Origin: Eledone cirrhosa
Taxonomy: Eukaryota
Direction: 5' to 3'
NCBI GenBank assembly: GCA_964016885.1
Contig: OZ024743.1
Location: forward strand, 174,840,001-174,904,000
Length of the DNA stretch: 64,000 nucleotides
Shown: positions 30,301 to 44,600 of the stretch, one piece after another
Numbering within the stretch: position 1 is the stretch's first letter
How the letters are laid out: each line of letters opens with the position of its first letter
Translations under genes and position numbers: made by a program
The notes under the pieces: generated by a model
Database searches by the model: none
Told to the model about the DNA's origin: nothing
The model's input: the letters and a program-made list of their open reading frames with translations, nothing else

Positions 30301-33300
30301 AGGTAGTCTTTGATATACTGTACCTGTTATATGGGATGTAGGTAGTCTTTGATATACTGTACCTGTTATATAGGATGTAGGTAGTGTTTGATATACTGTA
30401 CCTGTTATATAGGATGTAGGTAGTCTTTGATATACTGTACCTGTTATATAGGATGTAGGTAGTCTTTGATATACTGTACCTGTTATATAGGATGTCGGTA
30501 GTCTTTGATATACTGTACCTGTTATATGACATGTAGGAAATCTTTGATATACTGTACCTGTTATATGACGTGTAGGAAGTCTTTGATATACTGTACCTGT
30601 TATATAGGATGTAGGTAGTCTTTGATATACTGTACCTGTTATATAGGATGTAGGTAGTCTTTGATATACTGTACCTGTTATATAGGATGTATGTAGTGTT
30701 TGATATACTGTATCTGTTACATAGGATGTATGTAGTGTTTGATATACTGTACCTGTTATATATGATGTAGGTATTCTTTGATAGACTGTACCTGTTATAT
30801 AGGATGAAGGTAGTCTTTGATATACTGTACCTGTTATATATGATGTAGGTAGTCTTTGATATACTGTACTTGTTATATAGGATGTAGTCTTTGATATACT
30901 GTACCTGTTATATAGGATGTAGGTAGTCTTTGATATAGTGTAACTGTTATATAGGATGTAGATAGTCTTTGATGCACTGTACCTGTTATATGGGATGTAG
31001 TCTTTGATATACTGTACATGTTATATAGGATGTAGGTAGTCTTTGATATACTGTACCAGTTATATAGGATGTAGGTAGTCTTTGATATACTGTACCTGTT
31101 ATATAGGATGTAGGTAGTCTTTGATATACTGTACCTGTTATGTAGGATGCAGGTAGTCTTTGATATACTGTACCTGTTATATAGGATGTAGGTAGTCTTT
31201 GATATACTGTACCTGTTATATGGGATGTAGGTAGTCTTTGATGTACTGTACCTGTTATATAGGATGTAGGTAGTCTTTGATATACTGTACCTGTTATATA
31301 GGATGTAGGTAGTCTTTGATATACTGTACCTGTTATATAGGATGTAGTCTTTGATATACTGTACCTGTTATATAAGATGTAGGTAGTCTTTGATATACTG
31401 TACCTGTTATATAGGATGTAGGTAGTCTTTGATATACTGTACCTGTTATATAGGATGTAGGTAGTCTTTGATATACTGTACCTGTTATATAGGATGTAGG
31501 TAGTCTTTGCTATACTCTACCTGTTATATATGATGTAGGTAGTCTTTGATATACTGTACCTGTTATATAGGATGTAGGTAGTCTTTGATATACTGTACCT
31601 GTTATATAGGATGTCGGTAGTCTTTGATATACTGTTATTGTTATATAGGGTGTAGGTAGTCTTTGATATACTGTACCTGTTATATATGATGTAGGTAGTC
31701 TTTGATAAACTGTACCTGTTACATAGGATGTATGTAGTCTTTGATATACTGTACCTGTTATATAGGATGTAGGTAGTCTTTGATATACTGTACCTGTTAT
31801 ATAGGATGTAGGTAGTCTTTGATATACTGTACCTGTTATATAGGATGTATGTAGTCTTTGATATAATGTACCTGTTATATAGGATGTATGTAGTCTTTGA
31901 TATACTGTACCTGTTATATAAGATGTAGGTAGTCTTTGATATACTGTACCTGTTATATAGGATGTAGGTAGTCTTTGATATACTGTACCTGTTATATAGA
32001 ATGTAGGTAGTCTTTGATATACTGTACCTGTTATATAGGATGTAGGTAGTCTTTGATATACTGTACCTGTTACATAGGATGTAGGTAGTCTTTGATATAC
32101 TGTACCTTTTATATAGGATGTAGGTAGTCTTTGATATACTGTACCTGTTATATAGGATGTAGGTAGTCTTTGATATACTGTACCTGTTATATAGGATGTC
32201 GGTAGTCTTTGATATACTGTACCTGTTATATATGATGTAGGTAGTCTTTGATATACTGTACCTGTTACATAGGATGTAGGTAGTCTTTGATATACTGTAC
32301 CTGTTACATGAGATGTAGGAAGTCTTTGATATACTGTACCTGTTATATAGGATGTAGGTAGTCTTTGATATACTGTACCTGTTATATAGGATGTAGGTAG
32401 TCTTTGATATACTGTACCTGTTATATAGGATGTAGGTAGTGTTTGATATACTGTACCTGTTATATAGGATGTAGGTAGTCTTTGATATACTGTACCTGTT
32501 ATATAGGATGTAGGTAGTCTTTGATATACTGTACCTGTTATATAGGATGTCGGTAGTCTTTGATATACTGTACCTGTTATATAGGATGTAGGTAGTCTTT
32601 GCTATACTCTACCTGTTATATATGATGTAGGTAGTCTTTGATATACTGTACCTGTTATATAGGATGTATGTAGTCTTTGATATACTGTACCTGTTATATA
32701 GGATGTAGGTAGTCTTTGATATACTGTACCTGTTATATAGGATGTAGGTAGTCTTTGATATACTGTACCTGTTATATAGGATGTCGGTAGTCTTTGATAT
32801 ACTGTACCTGTTATATAGGGTGTAGGTAGTCTTTGATATACTGTACCTGTTATATATGATGTAGGTAGTCTTTGATAAACTGTACCTGTTACATAGGATG
32901 TATGTAGTCTTTGATATACTGTACCTGTTATATAGGATGTAGGTAGTCTTTGATATACTGTACCTGTTATATAGGATGTAGGTAGTCTTTGATATACTGT
33001 ACCTGTTATATAGGATGTAGGTAGTCTTTGATATAATGTACCTGTTATATAGGATGTATGTAGTCTTTGATATACTGTACCTGTTATATAGGATGTAGGT
33101 AGTCTTTGATATACTGTACCTGTTATATAGGATGTAGGTAGTCTTTGATATACTGTACCTGTTATATAGAATGTAGGTAGTCTTTGATATACTGTACCTG
33201 TTATATAGGATGTAGGTAGTCTTTGATATACTGTACCTGTTACATAGGATGTAGGTAGTCTTTGATATACTGTACCTTTTATATAGGATGTAGGTAGTCT

Positions 33301-36300
33301 TTGATATACTGTACCTGTTATATAGGATGTAGGTAGTCTTTGATATACTGTACCTGTTATATAGGATGTCGGTAGTCTTTGATATACTGTACCTGTTATA
33401 TATGATGTAGGTAGTCTTTGATATACTGTACCTGTTACATAGGATGTAGGTAGTCTTTGATATACTGTACCTGTTACATGAGATGTAGGAAGTCTTTGAT
33501 ATACTGTACCTGTTATATAGGATGTAGGTAGTCTTTGATATACTGTACCTGTTATATGGGATGTAGGTAGTCTTTGATATACTGTACCTGTTATATAGGA
33601 TGTAGGTAGTGTTTGATATACTGTACCTGTTATATAGGATGTAGATAGTCTTTGATATACTGTACCTGTTATATAGTAAGTAGTCTTTGATATAGTGTAC
33701 CTGTTATATAGGATGTAGGTAGTCTTTGATATACTGTACCTGTTATATAGTATGTAGGTAGTCTTTGATATACTGTACCTGTTATATAGGATGTAGGTAG
33801 TCTTTGATATACTGTACCTGTTATATAGGATGTAGGTAGTCTTTGATATACTGTACCTGTTATATGGGATGTAGGTAGTCTTTGATATACTGTACCTGTT
33901 ATATAGGATGTAGGTAGTCTTTGATATACTGTACCTGTTACATAGGATGTAGGTAGTCTTTGATATACTGTACCTGTTATATAGGATGTATGTAGTTTTG
34001 ATATACTGTACCTCTTATATAGGATGTAGGTAGTCTTTGATATACTGTACCTCTTATATAGGATGTAGGTAGTCTTTTATATACTGTACCTGTTATATAG
34101 GATGTAGGTAGTCTTTGATATACTGTACCTGTTATATAGGATGTAGGTAGTCTTTGATATACTGTACCTGTTATATAGGTTGTAGGTAGTCTTTGATATA
34201 CTGTACCTGTTATGTAGGATGTAGGTAGTCTTTGATATACTGTACCTGTTATATAGGATGTAGGTAGTCTTTGATATACTGTACCTGTTATATAGGATGT
34301 AGGTAGTCTTTGATGTACTGTACCTGTTATATAGGATGTAGGTTGTCTTTGATATACTGTACCTGTTATACAGGATGTAGGTAGTCTTTGATATACTGTA
34401 CCTGTTATATATGATGTAGTCTTTGATATACTGTACGTGTTATATAAGATGTAGGTAGTCTTTGATATACTGTACCTGTTATATAGGATGTAGGTAGTCT
34501 TTGATATACTGTACCTGTTATATATGATGTAGGTATTCTTTGATAGACTGTACCTGTTATATAGGATGAAGGTAGTCTTTGATATACTGTACCTGTTATA
34601 TAGGATGTAGGTAGTCTTTGATATACTGTACCTGTTATATAGGATGTAGGTAGTCTTTGATGTACTGTACCTGTTATATAGGATGTAGGTTGTCTTTGAT
34701 ATACTGTACCTGTTATACAGGATGTAGGTAGTCTTTGATATACTGTACCTGTTATATAGGATGTAGTCTTTGATATACTGTACCTGTTATATAAGATGTA
34801 GGTAGTCTTTGATATACTGTACCTGTTATATAGGATGTAGGTAGTCTTTGATATACTGTACCTGTTATATATGATGTAGGTATTCTTTGATAGACTGTAC
34901 CTGTTATATAGGATGAAGGTAGTCTTTGATATACTGTACCTGTTATATATGATGTAGGTAGTCTTTGATATACTGTACCTGTTATATAGGATGTAGGTAG
35001 TCTTTGATATACTGTACCTGTTATATAGGATGTCGGTAGTCTTTGATATACTGTACCTGTTATATAGTATGTAGGTAGTTTTTGATATACTGTACCTGTT
35101 ATATAGGATGAAGGTAGTCTTTGATATACTGTACCTGTTATATAGGATGTCGGTAGTCTTTGATATACTGTACCTGTTATATAGGATGTAGGTAGTCTTT
35201 GCTATACTCTACCTGTTATATATGATGTAGGTAGTCTTTGATATACTGTACCTGTTATATAGGATGTAGGTAGTCTTTGATATACTGTACCTGTTATATA
35301 GGATGTCGGTAGTCTTTGATATACTGTTATTGTTATATAGGGTGTAGGTAGTCTTTGATATACTGTACCTGTTATATATGATGTAGGTAGTCTTTGATAA
35401 ACTGTACCTGTTACATAGGATGTATGTAGTCTTTGATATACTGTACCTGTTATATAGGATGTAGGTAGTCTTTGATATACTGTACCTGTTATATAGGATG
35501 TAGGTAGTCTTTGATATACTGTACCTGTTATATAGGATGTATGTAGTCTTTGATATAATGTACCTGTTATATAGGATGTATGTAGTCTTTGATATACTGT
35601 ACCTGTTATATAAGATGTAGGTAGTCTTTGATATACTGTACCTGTTATATAGGATGTAGGTAGTCTTTGATATACTGTACCTGTTATATAGAATGTAGGT
35701 AGTCTTTGATATACTGTACCTGTTATATAGGATGTAGGTAGTCTTTGATATACTGTACCTGTTACATAGGATGTAGGTAGTCTTTGATATACTGTACCTT
35801 TTATATAGGATGTAGGTAGTCTTTGATATACTGTACCTGTTATATAGGATGTAGGTAGTCTTTGATATACTGTACCTGTTATATAGGATGTCGGTAGTCT
35901 TTGATATACTGTACCTGTTATATATGATGTAGGTAGTCTTTGATATACTGTACCTGTTACATAGGATGTAGGTAGTCTTTGATATACTGTACCTGTTACA
36001 TGAGATGTAGGAAGTCTTTGATATACTGTACCTGTTATATAGGATGTAGGTAGTCTTTGATATACTGTACCTGTTATATAGGATGTAGGTAGTCTTTGAT
36101 ATACTGTACCTGTTATATAGGATGTAGGTAGTGTTTGATATACTGTACCTGTTATATAGGATGTAGGTAGTCTTTGATATACTGTACCTGTTATATAGGA
36201 TGTAGGTAGTCTTTGATATACTGTACCTGTTATATAGGATGTCGGTAGTCTTTGATATACTGTACCTGTTATATAGGATGTAGGTAGTCTTTGCTATACT

Positions 36301-39300
36301 CTACCTGTTATATATGATGTAGGTAGTCTTTGATATACTGTACCTGTTATATAGGATGTATGTAGTCTTTGATATACTGTACCTGTTATATAGGATGTAG
36401 GTAGTCTTTGATATACTGTACCTGTTATATAGGATGTAGGTAGTCTTTGATATACTGTACCTGTTATATAGGATGTCGGTAGTCTTTGATATACTGTACC
36501 TGTTATATAGGGTGTAGGTAGTCTTTGATATACTGTACCTGTTATATATGATGTAGGTAGTCTTTGATAAACTGTACCTGTTACATAGGATGTATGTAGT
36601 CTTTGATATACTGTACCTGTTATATAGGATGTAGGTAGTCTTTGATATACTGTACCTGTTATATAGGATGTAGGTAGTCTTTGATATACTGTACCTGTTA
36701 TATAGGATGTAGGTAGTCTTTGATATAATGTACCTGTTATATAGGATGTATGTAGTCTTTGATATACTGTACCTGTTATATAGGATGTAGGTAGTCTTTG
36801 ATATACTGTACCTGTTATATAGGATGTAGGTAGTCTTTGATATACTGTACCTGTTATATAGAATGTAGGTAGTCTTTGATATACTGTACCTGTTATATAG
36901 GATGTAGGTAGTCTTTGATATACTGTACCTGTTACATAGGATGTAGGTAGTCTTTGATATACTGTACCTTTTATATAGGATGTAGGTAGTCTTTGATATA
37001 CTGTACCTGTTATATAGGATGTAGGTAGTCTTTGATATACTGTACCTGTTATATAGGATGTCGGTAGTCTTTGATATACTGTACCTGTTATATATGATGT
37101 AGGTAGTCTTTGATATACTGTACCTGTTACATAGGATGTAGGTAGTCTTTGATATACTGTACCTGTTACATGAGATGTAGGAAGTCTTTGATATACTGTA
37201 CCTGTTATATAGGATGTAGGTAGTCTTTGATATACTGTACCTGTTATATGGGATGTAGGTAGTCTTTGATATACTGTACCTGTTATATAGGATGTAGGTA
37301 GTGTTTGATATACTGTACCTGTTATATAGGATGTAGGTAGTCTTTGATATACTGTACCTGTTATATAGGATGTAGGTAGTCTTTGATATACTGTACCTGT
37401 TATATAGGATGTCGGTAGTCTTTGATATACTGTACCTGTTATATGACATGTAGGAAATCTTTGATATACTGTACCTGTTATATGACGTGTAGGAAGTCTT
37501 TGATATACTGTACCTGTTATATAGGATGTAGGTAGTCTTTGATATACTGTACCTGTTATATAGGATGTAGGTAGTCTTTGATATACTGTACCTGTTATAT
37601 AGGATGTATGTAGTGTTTGATATACTGTATCTGTTACATAGGATGTATGTAGTGTTTGATATACTGTACCTGTTATATATGATGTAGGTATTCTTTGATA
37701 GACTGTACCTGTTATATAGGATGAAGGTAGTCTTTGATATACTGTACCTGTTATATATGATGTAGGTAGTCTTTGATATACTGTACTTGTTATATAGGAT
37801 GTAGTCTTTGATATACTGTACCTGTTATATAGGATGTAGGTAGTCTTTGATATAGTGTAACTGTTATATAGGATGTAGATAGTCTTTGATGCACTGTACC
37901 TGTTATATGGGATGTAGTCTTTGATATACTGTACCTGTTATATAGGATGTAGGTAGTCTTTGATATACTGTACCTGTTATATAGGATGTAGGTAGTCTTT
38001 GATATACTGTACCTGTTATATAGGATGTAGGTAGTCTTTGATATACTGTACCTGTTATGTAGGATGCAGGTAGTCTTTGATATACTGTACCTGTTATATA
38101 GGATGTAGGTAGTCTTTGATATACTGTACCTGTTATATGGGATGTAGGTAGTCTTTGATGTACTGTACCTGTTATATAGGATGTAGGTAGTCTTTGATAT
38201 ACTGTACCTGTTATATAGGATGTAGGTAGTCTTTGATATACTGTACCTGTTATATAGGATGTAGTCTTTGATATACTGTACCTGTTATATAAGATGTAGG
38301 TAGTCTTTGATATACTGTACCTGTTATATAGGATGTAGGTAGTCTTTGATATACTGTACCTGTTATATAGGATGTAGGTAGTCTTTGATATACTGTACCT
38401 GTTATATAGGATGTAGGTAGTCTTTGCTATACTCTACCTGTTATATATGATGTAGGTAGTCTTTGATATACTGTACCTGTTATATAGGATGTAGGTAGTC
38501 TTTGATATACTGTACCTGTTATATAGGATGTCGGTAGTCTTTGATATACTGTTATTGTTATATAGGGTGTAGGTAGTCTTTGATATACTGTACCTGTTAT
38601 ATATGATGTAGGTAGTCTTTGATAAACTGTACCTGTTACATAGGATGTATGTAGTCTTTGATATACTGTACCTGTTATATAGGATGTAGGTAGTCTTTGA
38701 TATACTGTACCTGTTATATAGGATGTAGGTAGTCTTTGATATACTGTACCTGTTATATAGGATGTATGTAGTCTTTGATATAATGTACCTGTTATATAGG
38801 ATGTATGTAGTCTTTGATATACTGTACCTGTTATATAAGATGTAGGTAGTCTTTGATATACTGTACCTGTTATATAGGATGTAGGTAGTCTTTGATATAC
38901 TGTACCTGTTATATAGAATGTAGGTAGTCTTTGATATACTGTACCTGTTATATAGGATGTAGGTAGTCTTTGATATACTGTACCTGTTACATAGGATGTA
39001 GGTAGTCTTTGATATACTGTACCTTTTATATAGGATGTAGGTAGTCTTTGATATACTGTACCTGTTATATAGGATGTAGGTAGTCTTTGATATACTGTAC
39101 CTGTTATATAGGATGTCGGTAGTCTTTGATATACTGTACCTGTTATATATGATGTAGGTAGTCTTTGATATACTGTACCTGTTACATAGGATGTAGGTAG
39201 TCTTTGATATACTGTACCTGTTACATGAGATGTAGGAAGTCTTTGATATACTGTACCTGTTATATAGGATGTAGGTAGTCTTTGATATACTGTACCTGTT

Positions 39301-40561
39301 ATATAGGATGTAGGTAGTCTTTGATATACTGTACCTGTTATATAGGATGTAGGTAGTGTTTGATATACTGTACCTGTTATATAGGATGTAGGTAGTCTTT
39401 GATATACTGTACCTGTTATATAGGATGTAGGTAGTCTTTGATATACTGTACCTGTTATATAGGATGTAGGTAGTCTTTGATATACTGTACCTGTTATATA
39501 GGATGTAGGTAGTCTTTGCTATACTCTACCTGTTATATATGATGTAGGTAGTCTTTGATATACTGTACCTGTTATATAGGATGTATGTAGTCTTTGATAT
39601 ACTGTACCTGTTATATAGGATGTAGGTAGTCTTTGATATACTGTACCTGTTATATAGGATGTAGGTAGTCTTTGATATACTGTACCTGTTATATAGGATG
39701 TCGGTAGTCTTTGATATACTGTACCTGTTATATAGGGTGTAGGTAGTCTTTGATATACTGTACCTGTTATATATGATGTAGGTAGTCTTTGATAAACTGT
39801 ACCTGTTACATAGGATGTATGTAGTCTTTGATATACTGTACCTGTTATATAGGATGTAGGTAGTCTTTGATATACTGTACCTGTTATATAGGATGTAGGT
39901 AGTCTTTGATATACTGTACCTGTTATATAGGATGTAGGTAGTCTTTGATATAATGTACCTGTTATATAGGATGTATGTAGTCTTTGATATACTGTACCTG
40001 TTATATAGGATGTAGGTAGTCTTTGATATACTGTACCTGTTATATAGGATGTAGGTAGTCTTTGATATACTGTACCTGTTATATAGAATGTAGGTAGTCT
40101 TTGATATACTGTACCTGTTATATAGGATGTAGGTAGTCTTTGATATACTGTACCTGTTACATAGGATGTAGGTAGTCTTTGATATACTGTACCTTTTATA
40201 TAGGATGTAGGTAGTCTTTGATATACTGTACCTGTTATATAGGATGTAGGTAGTCTTTGATATACTGTACCTGTTATATAGGATGTCGGTAGTCTTTGAT
40301 ATACTGTACCTGTTATATATGATGTAGGTAGTCTTTGATATACTGTACCTGTTACATAGGATGTAGGTAGTCTTTGATATACTGTACCTGTTACATGAGA
40401 TGTAGGAAGTCTTTGATATACTGTACCTGTTATATAGGATGTAGGTAGTCTTTGATATACTGTACCTGTTATATGGGATGTAGGTAGTCTTTGATATACT
40501 GTACCTGTTATATAGGATGTAGGTAGTGTTTGATATACTGTACCTGTTATATAGGATGTAG
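27370..40561 (+). repeat. 6,917-bp-offset duplication (178 monomers): ~27370-33644 repeated at ~34287-40561
   Basis: ORFs at 29384/36301, markers GCTATACTCT at 28284/35201 and the rare variant GGAAATCT at 30540/37457 are all offset by 6,917 (178x39 - 6x4 - 1). A few mismatches are visible (31018, 31058, 32551/39468, 34412). Confidence 0.9.
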
Positions 40562-41651
40562 GTAGTCTTTGATATACTGTACCTGTTATATAGGATGTAG
40601 GTAGTCTTTGATATACTGTACCTGTTATATAGGATGTCGGTAGTCTTTGATATACTGTACCTGTTATATGACATGTAGGAAGTCTTTGATATACTGTACC
40701 TGTTATATGACGTGTAGGAAGTCTTTGATATACTGTACCTGTTATATAGGATGTAGGTAGTCTTTGATATACTGTACCTGTTATATAGGATGTAGGTAGT
40801 CTTTGATATACTGTACCTGTTATATAGGATGTATGTAGTGTTTGATATACTGTATCTGTTACATAGGATGTATGTAGTGTTTGATATACTGTACCTGTTA
40901 TATATGATGTAGGTATTCTTTGATAGACTGTACCTGTTATATAGGATGAAGGTAGTCTTTGATATACTGTACCTGTTATATATGATGTAGGTAGTCTTTG
41001 ATATACTGTACTTGTTATATAGGATGTAGTCTTTGATATACTGTACCTGTTATATAGGATGTAGGTAGTCTTTGATATAGTGTAACTGTTATATAGGATG
41101 TAGATAGTCTTTGATGCACTGTACCTGTTATATGGGATGTAGTCTTTGATATACTGTACCTGTTATATAGGATGTAGGTAGTCTTTGATATACTGTACCT
41201 GTTATATAGGATGTAGGTAGTCTTTGATATACTGTACCTGTTATATAGGATGTAGGTAGTCTTTGATATACTGTACCTGTTATGTAGGATGCAGGTAGTC
41301 TTTGATATACTGTACCTGTTATATAGGATGTAGGTAGTCTTTGATATACTGTACCTGTTATATGGGATGTAGGTAGTCTTTGATGTACTGTACCTGTTAT
41401 ATAGGATGTAGGTAGTCTTTGATATACTGTACCTGTTATATAGGATGTAGGTAGTCTTTGATATACTGTACCTGTTATATAGGATGTAGTCTTTGATATA
41501 CTGTACCTGTTATATAAGATGTAGGTAGTCTTTGATATACTGTACCTGTTATATAGGATGTAGGTAGTCTTTGATATACTGTACCTGTTATATAGGATGT
41601 AGGTAGTCTTTGATATACTGTACCTGTTATATAGGATGTAGGTAGTCTTTG
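35152..41651 (+). repeat. Tandem duplication of a 3,225-bp unit (83 monomers, three 35-mers); also present partially at ~28235-33644
   Basis: ORFs at 36301/39526 and markers at 35201/38426 and 28284/31509 are offset by 3,225 (83x39 - 12). The period breaks at 35151 and 41652. Confidence 0.9.
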
Positions 41652-44600
41652 ATATACTGTACCTGTTATATAGGATGTAGGTAGTCTTTGATATACTTTA
41701 CCTGTCATATAGGATGTAGGTAGTCTTTGATATACTGTACCTGTTATATAGGATGTAGGTTGTCTTTGATATACTGTACCTGTTATATAGGATGTAGGTA
41801 GTCTTTGATATACTGTACCTGTTATATAGGATGTAGGTAGTCTTTGATACACTGTACCTGTTATATAGGATGTAGGTAGTCTTTGATATACTGTACCTGT
41901 TATATAGGATGTAGGTAGTCTTTGATATACTGTACCTGTTATATAGGATGTAGGTAGTCTTGGATATACTGTACCTGTTATATAGGATGTAGGTAGACTT
42001 TGATATACTATACCTGTTATATAGGATCTAGGTAGTCTTTGATATACTGTACCTGTTATATAGGATGTAGATAGTCTTTGATATACTGTACCTGTTATAT
42101 AGCATGTAGGTAGTCTTTGATATACTGTACCTGTTACATAGGATGTAGGTAGTCTTTGATATACTGTAACTGTTATATAGGATGTAGTCTTTGATATACT
42201 GTACCTGTTATATAGGATGTAGGTAGTCTTTGATATACTGTACCTGTTATATAGGATGTAGTCTTTGATATACTGTACCTGTTATATAAGATGTAGGTAG
42301 TCTTTGATATAGTGTAACTGTTATATAGGATGTAGATAGTCTTTGATGCACTGTACCTGTTATATGGGATGTAGTCTTTGATATACTGTACCTGTTACAT
42401 AGGATGGAGGTAGTCTTTGATATACTGTACCTGTTATATAGGATGTAGGTAGTCTTTGATATACTGTAGCTGTTATATAGGATGTAGATAGTCTTTGATA
42501 TACTGTACCTGTTATATAGGATGTAGTCTTTGATATACTGTACCTCTTATATAGGATGTAGGTAGTCTTTGATATACTGTACCTGTTATATAGGATGTAG
42601 ATAGTCTTTGATATACTGTACCTGTTATATAGTAAGTAGTCTTTGATATAGTGTACCTGTTATATAGGATGTAGGTAGTCTTTGATATACTGTACCTGTT
42701 ATATAGTATGTAGGTAGTCTTTGATATACTGTACCTGTTATATAGGATGTAGGTAGTCTTTGATATACTGTACCTGTTATATAGGATGTAGGTAGTCTTT
42801 GATATACTGTACCTGTTATATGGGATGTAGGTAGTCTTTGATATACTGTACCTGTTATATAGGATGTAGGTAGTCTTTGATATACTGTACCTGTTACATA
42901 GGATGTAGGTAGTCTTTGATATACTGTACCTGTTATATAGGATGTATGTAGTTTTGATATACTGTACCTCTTATATAGGATGTAGGTAGTCTTTGATATA
43001 CTGTACCTCTTATATAGGATGTAGGTAGTCTTTTATATACTGTACCTGTTATATAGGATGTAGGTAGTCTTTGATATACTGTACCTGTTATATAGGATGT
43101 AGGTAGTCTTTGATATACTGTACCTGTTATATAGGATGTAGGTAGTCTTTGATATACTGTACCTGTTATGTAGGATGTAGGTAGTCTTTGATATACTGTA
43201 CCTGTTATATAGGATGTAGGTAGTCTTTGATATACTGTACCTGTTATATAGGATGTAGGTAGTCTTTGATGTACTGTACCTGTTATATAGGATGTAGGTT
43301 GTCTTTGATATACTGTACCTGTTATACAGGATGTAGGTAGTCTTTGATATACTGTACCTGTTATATAGGATGTAGTCTTTGATATACTGTACGTGTTATA
43401 TAAGATGTAGGTAGTCTTTGATATACTGTACCTGTTATATAGGATGTAGGTAGTCTTTGATATACTGTACCTGTTATATATGATGTAGGTATTCTTTGAT
43501 AGACTGTACCTGTTATATAGGATGAAGGTAGTCTTTGATATACTGTACCTGTTATATAGGATGTAGGTAGTCTTTGATATACTGTACCTGTTATATAGTA
43601 TGTAGGTAGTCTTTGATGTACTGTACCTGTTATATAGGATGTAGGTTGTCTTTGATATACTGTACCTGTTATACAGGATGTAGGTAGTCTTTGATATACT
43701 GTACCTGTTATATAGGATGTAGTCTTTGATATACTGTACCTGTTATATAAGATGTAGGTAGTCTTTGATATACTGTACCTGTTATATAGGATGTAGGTAG
43801 TCTTTGATATACTGTACCTGTTATATATGATGTAGGTATTCTTTGATAGACTGTACCTGTTATATAGGATGAAGGTAGTCTTTGATATACTGTACCTGTT
43901 ATATATGATGTAGGTAGTCTTTGATATACTGTACCTGTTATATAGGATGTAGGTAGTCTTTGATATACTGTACCTGTTATATAGGATGTCAGTAGTCTTT
44001 GATATACTGTACCTGTTATATAGTATGTAGGTAGTCTTTGATATACTGTACCTGTTATATAGGATGAAGGTAGTCTTTGATATACTGTACCTGTTATATA
44101 GGATGTCGGTAGTCTTTGATATACTGTACCTGTTATATAGGATGTAGGTAGTCTTTGCTATACTCTACCTGTTATATATGATGTAGGTAGTCTTTGATAT
44201 ACTGTACCTGTTATATAGGATGTAGGTAGTCTTTGATATACTGTACCTGTTATATAGGATGTCGGTAGTCTTTGATATACTGTTATTGTTATATAGGGTG
44301 TAGGTAGTCTTTGATATACTGTACCTGTTATATATGATGTAGGTAGTCTTTGATAAACTGTACCTGTTACATAGGATGTATGTAGTCTTTGATATACTGT
44401 ACCTGTTATATAGGATGTAGGTAGTCTTTGATATACTGTACCTGTTATATAGGATGTAGGTAGTCTTTGATATACTGTACCTGTTATATAGGATGTATGT
44501 AGTCTTTGATATAATGTACCTGTTATATAGGATGTATGTAGTCTTTGATATACTGTACCTGTTATATAAGATGTAGGTAGTCTTTGATATACTGTACCTG

